Of a DNA stretch of 20,000 nt, positions 8,824 through 17,776 are shown piece by piece. The notes under the pieces were generated by a model, which saw nothing but the letters and a program-made list of their open reading frames with translations, had not been told where the DNA came from and ran no database searches. The stretch lies in sequence record SRR2962707_940; one strand, given 5' to 3'. Every line of letters begins with the position of its first letter. Position 1 is the stretch's first letter. Both the position numbers and the translations under genes were made by a program.

Positions 8824-9551
8824 TTTGTGCTTTCTGACTTATCAGTCCAAACGCGCTCACGGCGCAAAATCTTTTCTGCAGCAGCTTGTTCTGCCAATCT
8901 TTTAGAGCGACCTTTGGCGCTTTCCGGCTTCAATTTGCCGACAGTCACTTCAATCACGAATACGGGCTCATGGTCTGGCCCTTCGCGGGATACTTCCACA
9001 TAATTCGGCATACCGCCGTGATATTTATGCGTCCATTCCTGCAATTCAGTCTTCGCGTCGCGCCGCGCAGCAGTAACATTGAGCGCGCGCTCAGCCCAGA
9101 ACTTCTTAATAAAGGCACGCGCCGCGTCCAAACCATCGTCAAGATAGATCGTTGCAATCAACGCTTCAACCACATCGGCACGCATGTTCTTTTGGCGGTC
9201 AGACTGAACATCGCGCACATCGGCGCCAGCGCGGATAAACTCATGGATATTAAGCTCATCGGCAACTTCAGCCAATGTGTCGGCGTTTACCAGAGCGTTG
9301 AGACGCACAGACAATTCGCCTTCATTGGCGACTAGAAACTTAGAAAATAGCATTTCTGCAACGCAAAGGCCGAGTACACGGTCGCCTAGAAACTCAAGGC
9401 GCTCATAATCTTTGCCGGTGCGGTGCTTAGCGCTGGAATGCGTAAGCGCCCGATCGAGGCGCTCAAGGTCTTTAAACCGGTGCCCCGTCATAGCGACAAG
9501 CTTGGCGAGGCGTTCTGGTCTTACTGTTCCAATTGGTGCATCGGTCACCAT
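8820..9551 (-). CDS. rnc: Ribonuclease III
   Basis: ALTHSS, signature ERLEFLGDRVL, ADVVEALI and a dsRBD (DAKTELQEW, GPDHEP, GRSKRLAEQAAA). Confidence 0.98.
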   Translation of the reverse strand: MVTDAPIGTVRPERLAKLVAMTGHRFKDLERLDRALTHSSAKHRTGKDYERLEFLGDRVLGLCVAEMLFSKFLVANEGELSVRLNALVNADTLAEVADELNIHEFIRAGADVRDVQSDRQKNMRADVVEALIATIYLDDGLDAARAFIKKFWAERALNVTAARRDAKTELQEWTHKYHGGMPNYVEVSREGPDHEPVFVIEVTVGKLKPESAKGRSKRLAEQAAAEKILRRERVWTDKSESTK

Positions 9552-9553
9552 CG

Positions 9554-10300
9554 TTACTTATTAACCGCCGTAAATAAGCGATCTGTGCGCACATCTTCCG
9601 GCCAACGCCAAATTTCTAGCGGCGAAGCACCCTCAGCAAGTGAGAAGAAGATATAGTTTGCGCGGCCAACCAAATTTTCAAACGGCACGAAACCAACGGT
9701 AAAGCGGCTATCAGATGAATTATCGCGGTTATCGCCCATGGCGAAGAAATGACCATCTGGCACAACAAATTCGCGGGTATTATCGCCTTGCGTGCCATCT
9801 GTTAGATCAAGCGTATCGTAGCTAACGCCATTTGGCAGCGTTTCGCGGTAAACATCAACGGCGCGGTCAACTTCAGTGATATCAACATTGTCAATCGTGC
9901 CGGTTTTTACGCGTTTCACGGCCGTGCCATTGATATAGAGCTGGCCTTCTTTCATTTGAATTGTATCGCCTGGCAAACCAACCACGCGTTTAATATAGTC
10001 TAGCTTAGGATTTGGCGGGAACTTGAACACAACAACATCGCCGCGTTTTGGTTCTGAACCCCAAATGCGTCCGCTGAAAATATCAGGACCAAAGGGCAGT
10101 GAGTAGCGTGAATAACCGTATGCCCATTTCGTCACGAAGAGATAATCGCCTTCAAGCAATGTCGGTCGCATAGAACCCGATGGAATTGAAAATGGTTGAA
10201 AAAGCAGAGACCGAATAACCACAGCCAGCAGCAGCGCTTGGATGACAACTGATATGGTCTCGCCAATGCCGCCTGATTTTTTTTCTTTTGTTTTAGCCAA
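9554..10300 (-). CDS. lepB: Signal peptidase I
   Basis: PFSIPSGSMRPTL (catalytic Ser), YIKRVVGLPGD (catalytic Lys) and MGDNRDNSSDSR. TTG start preceded by GAGGAAG. Confidence 0.97.
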   Translation of the reverse strand: MAKTKEKKSGGIGETISVVIQALLLAVVIRSLLFQPFSIPSGSMRPTLLEGDYLFVTKWAYGYSRYSLPFGPDIFSGRIWGSEPKRGDVVVFKFPPNPKLDYIKRVVGLPGDTIQMKEGQLYINGTAVKRVKTGTIDNVDITEVDRAVDVYRETLPNGVSYDTLDLTDGTQGDNTREFVVPDGHFFAMGDNRDNSSDSRFTVGFVPFENLVGRANYIFFSLAEGASPLEIWRWPEDVRTDRLFTAVNK

Positions 10301-10393
10301 CTGATTCTTCCTCGTCTTTCAAAGTCGAATTATCACTCATGCGGCGCGTCATAAACCCTTCGCCGCAATGTCGCAATCAATTACACCCTATTG

Positions 10394-10795
10394 TTATGGT
10401 TGTGGCAGCGCTTCGATGATGACGAAGGCCTGCGCTAATGGATAATCATCCGTTATGGTCAAATGTATGACCGGATAATGCGCCTCAGGCATCATGGATT
10501 GCAATTGTTTTTGCGCTCCGCCTGTCAATTCCATGGTCGGTTTGCCGCTTGGCAGATTGACGACGCCCATATCGCGCCAATAGACCCCGCGTGATATGCC
10601 CGTGCCCAATGCTTTGCACATGGCTTCTTTAGCCGCAAAGCGCTTTGCATAGGAGGCTGCGCGAGCTTTGCGCTTTTCAGATTTTCTCTGCTCAATTGGC
10701 GTATAGATTCGCTGAATGAAGCGATCACCATGATTTTCAAGCGTTTTTTCTATCCGCCGAATATCAATCAAATCGCTACCCAGCCCGATAATCAT
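10394..10795 (-). CDS. acpS: Holo-[acyl-carrier-protein] synthase
   Basis: [33 protein letters not shown] and LTITDD. Confidence 0.97.
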   Translation of the reverse strand: MIIGLGSDLIDIRRIEKTLENHGDRFIQRIYTPIEQRKSEKRKARAASYAKRFAAKEAMCKALGTGISRGVYWRDMGVVNLPSGKPTMELTGGAQKQLQSMMPEAHYPVIHLTITDDYPLAQAFVIIEALPQP

Positions 10796-11385
10796 GATGA
10801 AGCGCCTGCCTCTTTAGACGGCGCTTGCATATCTCGCGCTTCTTGACGTGCTTGCGCCCGTGTAGAGCGTGCGTTTTGGAAAGCATTGGCCGCAGCGCGC
10901 ATCGGAAAATAGAAAATCGCCCCTGCGATAAGACCTAGAGGAACGCCGCCAATTAGCATTGGCAGGATATAAGGATCCCAAACGGCCTGAAAACCTTCTG
11001 TTTTAAAAGTCGCCATAAAACCGCCTGCATGAGCAGCCGCTTCTAACGGACGACCAAGGATAAAACGGCCAAGACCAAGCGTAGACGCCCAAATGATTGG
11101 GAATGTCAGCGGATTACCGACCGCCGTGCCAAGACCAGCGGCGATAAATGAGCTGCGCGTCAGCCAAGCAATGGTGAATGACAGGATGAAATGAAAGCCC
11201 ATAAAAGGGGTAAAAGAAGCGAAAGTGCCAGCAGCAAAGCCTAAAGCGATGCCATGCGGCGTCGCACGAATGCGCATAACGCGCTTCCAAACGTAACGCG
11301 TAGAGCGTGCCCAATTGCGACGCGGCCAAAGATAGACGCGCATACGCGTCCAAAATTTATCTCTATCGCGTCTTTTGAAAAGCAT
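10792..11385 (-). CDS. DUF2062-family membrane protein
   Basis: MLFKRR..., [19 protein letters not shown] and GNPLTFP. Sits between pyrE and acpS with an ATGA overlap to acpS. Confidence 0.85.
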   Translation of the reverse strand: MLFKRRDRDKFWTRMRVYLWPRRNWARSTRYVWKRVMRIRATPHGIALGFAAGTFASFTPFMGFHFILSFTIAWLTRSSFIAAGLGTAVGNPLTFPIIWASTLGLGRFILGRPLEAAAHAGGFMATFKTEGFQAVWDPYILPMLIGGVPLGLIAGAIFYFPMRAAANAFQNARSTRAQARQEARDMQAPSKEAGASS

Positions 11386-11467
11386 CGACCGCTTCCGTTT
11401 AAATTATCTGAGCATCACATAAGGTGGCGGAACAACCGCTACAACCATTATATGATAATTGGTTTAA

Positions 11468-12046
11468 CTAGATGTTGCGGCTGCCAGGTTTAATCGCGGG
11501 GATAGCGGCCAATTCAGGCGGCAATTTGTCCGCTTCATAGGCTGGCACTTCATATTCAGCCAAGGCAACCAACGGCACGCCAACATCACATTTGCCGCCA
11601 GAACGGTCGATCAAGCAGGCCGCAGCAACCACTTCAACGCCCAGTTCTTTCATACATTCAATGGTTTCGCGGATTGAAAGACCGGTCGTCACAATATCTT
11701 CAACGATGACAACCTTATCGCCCGGCTCAACTTCAAAGCGGCGAAGCCTGAACTTGCCATCCTCGCGCTCCACCCAAATCGCTGTCGCATCCATGTGGCG
11801 TGATGTCTCATAGGCTGGAATAAGGCCGCCGATGGCTGGACCAACGACATATTTCACATCGCCAAAACCAGCATCCTTGATTTTTTGCGCCAATGCTTTG
11901 CACAGTGCTTCTGTTTTGTCTGCGTGCATGAACACACGGGCTTTTTGCAAGAATATAGGGCTTCGCAGGCCGGAGGTTAGGATAAAGTGGCCTTCAAGAA
12001 CGGCCCCTGCACTTTTGAAAATATCAATTACGTCTTCAGTATTCAT
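11468..12046 (-). CDS. pyrE: Orotate phosphoribosyltransferase
   Basis: [17 protein letters not shown]-binding [16 protein letters not shown] and C-terminal KPGSR. Confidence 0.96.
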   Translation of the reverse strand: MNTEDVIDIFKSAGAVLEGHFILTSGLRSPIFLQKARVFMHADKTEALCKALAQKIKDAGFGDVKYVVGPAIGGLIPAYETSRHMDATAIWVEREDGKFRLRRFEVEPGDKVVIVEDIVTTGLSIRETIECMKELGVEVVAAACLIDRSGGKCDVGVPLVALAEYEVPAYEADKLPPELAAIPAIKPGSRNI

Positions 12047-12070
12047 CGTTCAAACCTATTTCTTGCTTTG

Positions 12071-14323
12071 CTAACCGTGCTTGCGTTCTGCCGTACTTAC
12101 TGCGCCACTTTCGCGCAATTGCGCAAGCAGGCGGTTTAGGTGTTTTACATCCCAAACTTCCAAATCAAACAACATTTCAGTGAAATCGGGCGCCGTGCGC
12201 GCCATCGACATGGTGTGAATGTTGCCATCATTATTGGCGATGATCGTTGCTATATCGGCAAGCGATCCGGGCGCATTAATCGCGGTAACGGCGATTTGCA
12301 CTGGAAAACGCACGCGATTATTACGGTCGATATCCCAGCGCACATCAATCCAGCGGTCAGGCTGGTCATCATAAGCTGCCAATGCGGAAGATTCGATTGG
12401 ATAGATCGTCAAACCTTTGCCCGGTGTGGCGATGCCGATAACGCGGTCGCCCGGAACGGCCCCTTCAGGCGCAAAGCGCACAGGCAAGTCACCGCTGCCA
12501 CTGCGAATAGGCAAGGTGCGGTCATTGTCGCTGTCAGGATCTTCTTCTGGAAACTTGAACATCATGCCGTTGGCATTGGTCAAATTAAACCAGCCCTCGC
12601 CGATCAGATCGGGATGGGGGGCGCTGTTTTCGCTATCCAGTTCAAAGTCTGGGAAAACCGCTTTAAGCACGTTGGATGATGCCAGCTCGCCGCGGCCAAC
12701 AGAGGCAAGCAAATCTTCAACATCGGTAAAGCCCAGCGGCTCAAACCCATCTTTGAGAATTTCTTTAGAAAACGGTTTGGCGGCGCGCTGAAATGCACGC
12801 TCCAAAATGCGGCTGCCAAGGCCCGAATATTGCTTGCGCACAGCCATGCGCGTTGCGCGGCGGATGGCCGAGCGCGCTTTGCCTGTGACAACGATATTTT
12901 CCCAAGCCGCAGGCGGTGACGCATTGCTGGAGCGAATGATTTCGACTTCATCGCCATTTTGCAATTGTGAGACAAGCGGCATAATACGGCCGTTGATTTT
13001 CGCGCCAACACAGGCATTGCCGACATCGGTATGCACAGCATAGGCGAAATCGACAGGCGTAGCGCCGCGCGGCATGGCGATCAGACGGCCCTTTGGTGTG
13101 AAGCAGAACACTTGGTCATGGAAAAGCTCAAGCTTGGTGTTTTCCAAGAACTCTTCAGGGCTATCACCCGTAGAGAGCGCCTCAATTGTGTGGCGCAGCC
13201 ACGCATAGGCGTTTGTTTCTCTAAAGTCAGCGGCGGATTTGCCGTTTGGCTTTTTGCTGCCCTTTTCGCTGTCATCATTCGCTGTCAGCTGTTTGTCTTT
13301 GTAGATTGCATGGGTCGCAACGCCATATTCAGCGGTTTCATGCATCGATGTTGAACGAATTTGCAGCTCAACACGCTGATTAGACGGGCCAACAATGGTG
13401 GTATGCAGCGAGCGATAATCGTTGGATTTTGGAATTGAAATATAATCTTTGAAGCGCCCGGGTACCATCGTCCATTCGCGGTGCACTATGCCAAGCGCGC
13501 GATAGCAATCATCATCGTTCTCGACGATTATTCTAAAGCCAAAAATATCGGATAATTGCTCAAGCGACAGGCCCTTGGCTTCCATCTTGCGGAAAACCGA
13601 CCATGCTTTTTTCTGGCGGCTTTTTACGGACGCATGAATGCCCTTATCGGCAAGCAAGGTTTTGAGGGTCGAAGAAATTTCAGCAATGGTGTCTTTGTTG
13701 CGCTCGCCCAATTGCTTAAGGCGCTGGGTAACCGTTTCGTAGCCTTCTGGATTGATATGGCGGAAAGCCAAATCCTCCAGCTCTTCGCGCATGTCTTGCA
13801 TACCCATGCGGCCGGCAAGCGGCGCATAGATTTCCATGGTCTCTTCAGCAATGCGCAAGCGCTTGTCTTCGCGCATATGCTGCAGCGTGCGCATATTATG
13901 CAGGCGGTCGGCCAGCTTAACCAGCAACACCCGCACATCATCAGCAATGGCGAGCAGCAATTTGCGCAAGTTTTCGGCCTGCGCGGCCTTTTTAGAGATC
14001 AGATCGAGTTTTTTAAGCTTGGTAAGACCATCAACAAGGCGCGCTGTATCTTCGCCAAACAATGCTTCGATCTCTACGCGGGTCGCGCTGGTATCTTCGA
14101 TTGTGTCGTGGAGAAGCGCCACGGCAATCGTGTTCTCATCCATATTCATGTCGGTGAGAATGGCGGCAACTTCGAGCGGGTGAGAAAAATAAGGATCGCC
14201 AGATGCGCGTGTCTGGCCACCATGCTTGTTCATGGCATAGACATAAGCCTTATTGAGCAGTGCTTCATTCACATCGGGCTTGTAGCGCTGCACGCGTTCC
14301 ACAAGCTCGTATTGCCGCATCAT
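12071..14323 (-). CDS. spoT: Bifunctional (p)ppGpp synthetase/hydrolase (long RSH; Rel/SpoT)
   Basis: Hydrolase motifs HGGQTRASGDPY and LLHDTIED, KLADRLHNMRT, synthetase RFKDY..PK.N.Y.SLHT and ELQIR, TGS domain FTPKG...DFAYAVHT, and a C-terminal ACT-like domain. Confidence 0.97.
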   Translation of the reverse strand: MMRQYELVERVQRYKPDVNEALLNKAYVYAMNKHGGQTRASGDPYFSHPLEVAAILTDMNMDENTIAVALLHDTIEDTSATRVEIEALFGEDTARLVDGLTKLKKLDLISKKAAQAENLRKLLLAIADDVRVLLVKLADRLHNMRTLQHMREDKRLRIAEETMEIYAPLAGRMGMQDMREELEDLAFRHINPEGYETVTQRLKQLGERNKDTIAEISSTLKTLLADKGIHASVKSRQKKAWSVFRKMEAKGLSLEQLSDIFGFRIIVENDDDCYRALGIVHREWTMVPGRFKDYISIPKSNDYRSLHTTIVGPSNQRVELQIRSTSMHETAEYGVATHAIYKDKQLTANDDSEKGSKKPNGKSAADFRETNAYAWLRHTIEALSTGDSPEEFLENTKLELFHDQVFCFTPKGRLIAMPRGATPVDFAYAVHTDVGNACVGAKINGRIMPLVSQLQNGDEVEIIRSSNASPPAAWENIVVTGKARSAIRRATRMAVRKQYSGLGSRILERAFQRAAKPFSKEILKDGFEPLGFTDVEDLLASVGRGELASSNVLKAVFPDFELDSENSAPHPDLIGEGWFNLTNANGMMFKFPEEDPDSDNDRTLPIRSGSGDLPVRFAPEGAVPGDRVIGIATPGKGLTIYPIESSALAAYDDQPDRWIDVRWDIDRNNRVRFPVQIAVTAINAPGSLADIATIIANNDGNIHTMSMARTAPDFTEMLFDLEVWDVKHLNRLLAQLRESGAVSTAERKHG

Positions 14324-14339
14324 CTAAGTTTTTCGCTCC

Positions 14340-14376
14340 AAAAAAAATACGCAGAACCTGATGGTACTGCGTATTT
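14340..14376 (-). terminator. Intrinsic terminator-like hairpin between rpoZ and rel/spoT
   Basis: The minus strand reads AAATACGCAG-T-ACC-ATCA-GGT-T-CTGCGTA followed by T8 and then immediately the SD GGAG. Confidence 0.7.
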
Positions 14377-14377
14377 A

Positions 14378-14406
14378 ATATAGGACCCAAATGCCTTTGC
14401 GTTAAA
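14378..14406 (-). promoter_or_regulatory. Candidate sigma70 promoter for rel/spoT
   Basis: TTTAAC-N17-CTATAT on the minus strand, against the rhizobial consensus CTTGAC-N17-CTATAT. Confidence 0.5.
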
Positions 14407-14427
14407 GTGCAAAATGCAATTAAAGGT

Positions 14428-14802
14428 TTATAAATCGTCAGTTTTTTCCGGTGGTACAAGACCTTCGATACCAGCAAGCAATTCTTCTTCGCTCATAGAA
14501 ACGAATGTGATTTGCGCAGGCTCATCATCATCGCCCATTGGCTGGTCAGACATGTCTGCTTCTGGCTCATCAACTTCAACATGTTTTTGAAGTGAATGAA
14601 TTAGATCTTCTTCAAGATCGCCCGGTGAGAGTGTTTCTTCTGCGATTTCGCGCAGTGCAACCACTGGATTTTTATCATTGTCGCGATCAATCGTGATCGC
14701 AGCACCTTGAGAAACCAAGCGCGCACGATGGGCAGCAAGGAGTACAAGATCAAAACGGTTGTCGACTTTATCGACGCAGTCTTCGACAGTAACGCGAGCC
14801 AT
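14428..14802 (-). CDS. rpoZ: RNA polymerase omega subunit
   Basis: [35 protein letters not shown] and an acidic alphaproteobacterial C-terminal extension. Confidence 0.98.
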   Translation of the reverse strand: MARVTVEDCVDKVDNRFDLVLLAAHRARLVSQGAAITIDRDNDKNPVVALREIAEETLSPGDLEEDLIHSLQKHVEVDEPEADMSDQPMGDDDEPAQITFVSMSEEELLAGIEGLVPPEKTDDL

Positions 14803-14847
14803 TAAGCGTTCCTTTTCGTCGTTTGAATGGGAGTATTAGCTGGTGTG

Positions 14848-14876
14848 CTATACAGCGGTCAAAAGCTAAACGCAAC
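14848..14876 (-). promoter_or_regulatory. Candidate sigma70 promoter for rpoZ
   Basis: GTTGCG-N17-GTATAG on the minus strand, about 45 nt upstream of the ATG. Confidence 0.4.
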
Positions 14877-15001
14877 AAAACTTAACTGCAAATGGTGATG
14901 TTACGCGTTTTTTTCAACCGCGACCGCCTCAACGTGCTCTTTTTCACCAACAATATGCAATCTGGCTTGAAGAGATTGGCGCCGGTCGCTACTCCTTAAA
15001 C

Positions 15002-15643
15002 ATGAAAACTGAACCTGATCACAATTGCGCCCTGTGCCCTCGCCTGCATGATTTCATTGCAGAATGGCGCGTCAAAGAGCCCGAATGGCACAACGGCCCT
15101 GTACCGACTTGGAAGCCACTTGCGGGGCCAGAAAGCGTTAAAATGCTCATTATTGGGCTTGCGCCGGGGCTGCGCGGAGCCAATCGCACGGGACGGCCCT
15201 TTACCGGTGACTGGGCGGGCGATCTTCTTTACGGCACGTTGCTCAAGTTTGGCTTTGCTAAAGGTGAGTATAAGCAATCACCCGATGATGGTATGCAGTT
15301 GATTGATTGCGCGATCACCAATGCGGTTCGCTGCGTTCCGCCGCAAAACAAACCCGTTGGCGCGGAAATAAACACCTGTCGGCAGTTCTTAGAGCCAACA
15401 ATTGCGCATTTTCCCAACTTAAAGACAATCATAACCTTAGGCAAAATCGCCCATGATTCGACGCTGCGTACGCTGGGTGAACGCGTTGCCGCGCATCCAT
15501 TTAGACATTGCCAAGTTCACAGCCTGAAAAACGTCAATATCATATCGAGCTATCATTGCAGCCGCTACAATACGAACACGGGCGTACTGACAACTGAGAT
15601 GTTTGAGGATGTGTTTAGAACGGCGAAGGAAATGGTCGCTTAG
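15002..15643 (+). CDS. Uracil-DNA glycosylase, family 5 (UdgB-like, Fe-S)
   Basis: CALCPRL, motif A GLAPGLRGANRTGRPFTGD, NAVRCVPPQNKP and motif B YHCSRYNTNTG. Confidence 0.93.
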   Translation: MKTEPDHNCALCPRLHDFIAEWRVKEPEWHNGPVPTWKPLAGPESVKMLIIGLAPGLRGANRTGRPFTGDWAGDLLYGTLLKFGFAKGEYKQSPDDGMQLIDCAITNAVRCVPPQNKPVGAEINTCRQFLEPTIAHFPNLKTIITLGKIAHDSTLRTLGERVAAHPFRHCQVHSLKNVNIISSYHCSRYNTNTGVLTTEMFEDVFRTAKEMVA

Positions 15644-16116
15644 GCGCTTTGCGCGAAGGCTTTTGCCAAGATCGCTTCCAGCGCATCGGCATCTGCTTGC
15701 GTGAACGCATCAGGCAAATTGCTGTCGATATCGAACACACCGAGCAATACGTTATCCTTGCCAAACACCGGAATAACCAGTTCTGACTTCGTGGTTGAAG
15801 AACAAGCAATATGACCGTCAAAAGCGTCCACGTCGGCGATCAGCTGAGTCTGACCCAACCGCGCTGCAGCGCCGCAGACACCGCGTGTAAACGGAATAAC
15901 CAAACATCCATGACCGCCCTGATAAGGACCTATTTTCAATAAGTTAGGTTCCGTGACACGGTAAAAACCTGTCCAGTCAAAACGATCATCGGCATGGTGA
16001 ACTTCGCAGGCTATCGTCGCCATCAGCGAGATGACATCGTCTTCACCTTCGATGATTGCGGCAATGATCTGCGCTAAATCAGCATAGTCGACCCGTTTTG
16101 AAACAGCTGAGCTCAT
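15640..16116 (-). CDS. msrC: GAF-domain free methionine-(R)-sulfoxide reductase (fRMsr/YebR-like)
   Basis: DWTGFY, GPYQGGHGC, GVCG, HIAC, SELVIP and DIDS. The three Cys positions typical of fRMsr are present. Confidence 0.85.
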   Translation of the reverse strand: MSSAVSKRVDYADLAQIIAAIIEGEDDVISLMATIACEVHHADDRFDWTGFYRVTEPNLLKIGPYQGGHGCLVIPFTRGVCGAAARLGQTQLIADVDAFDGHIACSSTTKSELVIPVFGKDNVLLGVFDIDSNLPDAFTQADADALEAILAKAFAQSA

Positions 16117-16593
16117 CTAACCATTATCTTTAAGAATACGGGCTTTTTCGCGGTTCCAATCACGCTGCTTAGACGTCTCGCGTTTATCGGCAGCGTTTTT
16201 ACCCTTAGCCAGACCAATCTCGACCTTCGCCCTGCCCTGCTCATTAAAATAGAGCTTGAGCGGCACAATGGTCATGCCCTCACGGTTGACACCGTTTGCC
16301 AATTTCACGACCTGTTTTTGGTGCAGTAATAATTTGCGGCGACGGCGCGGCTCATGGTTGAACTGGTTTGCCTCTAAATATTCAGGCACGTAGGAATTAA
16401 TCAGCCACATCTCGCCATCCTCATAAGAGGCATAGCTTTCAGCGATATTGGCCTCACCATTGCGCAAGCTTTTCACTTCGGTGCCTTTGAGCATGATACC
16501 GGCTTCGAAGTTTTCCAAGATTTCATAGTGGAACCGCGCCTTGCGGTTCTCAGCTACAAATTTATTGGGTGATTTTTGCTTTTTAGGGGCCAT
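16117..16593 (-). CDS. smpB: SsrA(tmRNA)-binding protein SmpB
   Basis: [49 protein letters not shown] and the WNREKAR tail. Confidence 0.98.
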   Translation of the reverse strand: MAPKKQKSPNKFVAENRKARFHYEILENFEAGIMLKGTEVKSLRNGEANIAESYASYEDGEMWLINSYVPEYLEANQFNHEPRRRRKLLLHQKQVVKLANGVNREGMTIVPLKLYFNEQGRAKVEIGLAKGKNAADKRETSKQRDWNREKARILKDNG

Positions 16594-16619
16594 AATACTC
16601 TAAATGATGATCTTCTTGA

Positions 16620-17516
16620 TCAATTCAAGATGCCTGCGTGACGCATTGCTGAATCAATCGCCGCACCAGTCGCTTCTTCCACCGGAAAAATCGGTGAACG
16701 GGTCAGGTTTTCCAATTTGCCCAGTTTTGCCAAGGCATATTTCACGCCGGACACGCCAGGCTCAATAAAGAGTGCCGTATGCAAAGGCATCAGGCGATCT
16801 TGATATTCAAGCGCTTTGGCATAATCACCAGCTAGAGTTGCTTCTTGGAACTCAGAACATAGGCGCGGCGCAACATTGGCCGTCACCGAAATAGCGCCAA
16901 CGCCGCCATGAGCATTAAAGCCAAGCGACGACGCGTCTTCAGCAGACAATTGAATAAAATCAGTGCCGCACGTAATGCGCTGCTGCGATACCCGCTCCAT
17001 AGAGCCGACAGCGTCTTTTACGCCCCAAATATTGGCAAAGTCATGCGCGAGTTTACCCATTGTGTCAGGCTTTACGTCCACGACTGAACGGCCAGGAATA
17101 TTGTAGACAAAAATTGGAATGCTGACCGCTTTCGCAATTGCCGCATAATGGGCATAAAGGCCGCGCTGCGTTGGTTTATTGTAGTAAGGCGAGACCACCA
17201 AAATGCTGTCTGCGCCCGCTTTTTCAGCGTGCTGTGCCAATGACACAGCCTCAACCGTGTTGTTTGAGCCAGCGCCGGCCATTACCGGCACACGGCCAGC
17301 GACATGATCTACAGCAATTTCGACCACGCGGCGGTGCTCAGTATGCGACAGTGTCGCGCTTTCGCCGGTTGTTCCCATAGGCACAAGCACCTTTGTGCCC
17401 TCTTCAATCTGCCAGTCGATGAGCGCGCGAAATGCAGCCTCATCCACATCGCCAGCAGCGGTGAAAGGTGTCACGATGGCGGTCATAGATCCGCGGTAGC
17501 TTTGACGGTCCGTCAT
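16620..17516 (-). CDS. dapA: 4-hydroxy-tetrahydrodipicolinate synthase
   Basis: AIVTPF, GTTGES, GAGSN, PYYNKP, YNIPGR and the Schiff-base Lys in GVKDA. SD GGAG. Next to smpB. Confidence 0.96.
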   Translation of the reverse strand: MTDRQSYRGSMTAIVTPFTAAGDVDEAAFRALIDWQIEEGTKVLVPMGTTGESATLSHTEHRRVVEIAVDHVAGRVPVMAGAGSNNTVEAVSLAQHAEKAGADSILVVSPYYNKPTQRGLYAHYAAIAKAVSIPIFVYNIPGRSVVDVKPDTMGKLAHDFANIWGVKDAVGSMERVSQQRITCGTDFIQLSAEDASSLGFNAHGGVGAISVTANVAPRLCSEFQEATLAGDYAKALEYQDRLMPLHTALFIEPGVSGVKYALAKLGKLENLTRSPIFPVEEATGAAIDSAMRHAGILN

Positions 17517-17595
17517 ATTTGTCTCCCAACAGCATAAGCTGAAAAATCTTTATGCGCTTTTGAACCCACAGAACATGCTGCGCAAGCGCCAATAC

Positions 17596-17622
17596 ATATA
17601 GATTGCCAATTATTTGGGCAAG
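17596..17622 (-). promoter_or_regulatory. Candidate dapA promoter overlapping a palindromic operator-like site
   Basis: CTTGCC-N15-CTATAT on the minus strand (the spacer is short for sigma70). Overlaps the palindrome TTGCC-AATTATTTG-GGCAA at 17603-17621. Confidence 0.35.
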
Positions 17623-17776
17623 GTATTGAGCAACCAAGATGGTTCGCTAACCGATAAATATATCCCGTGTCCACCACCAGCAATTACAAAAGAGCGTCCG
17701 ATGCCCAATTGCTGACACCCGGCGCATTTATGGTGCGACTCAGATAAGATACATCCGTGTAAGGTAGACTTCAAAT

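Noticed and set aside
12380-12480. Missing zinc-finger cysteines in the Rel C-terminal region (EGAVPGDRVIG...IYP)
   Set aside because: As far as I recall this Cys-less form is usual for rhizobial Rel proteins, so it is not distinctive.
13556-14383. 275-aa + strand ORF antisense to rel/spoT
   Set aside because: Shadow ORF of a conserved gene, with no recognisable motif or SD.
17517-17776. Lysine riboswitch or sRNA upstream of dapA
   Set aside because: No L-box conserved elements or terminator were seen, and the region is explained by divergent promoters.
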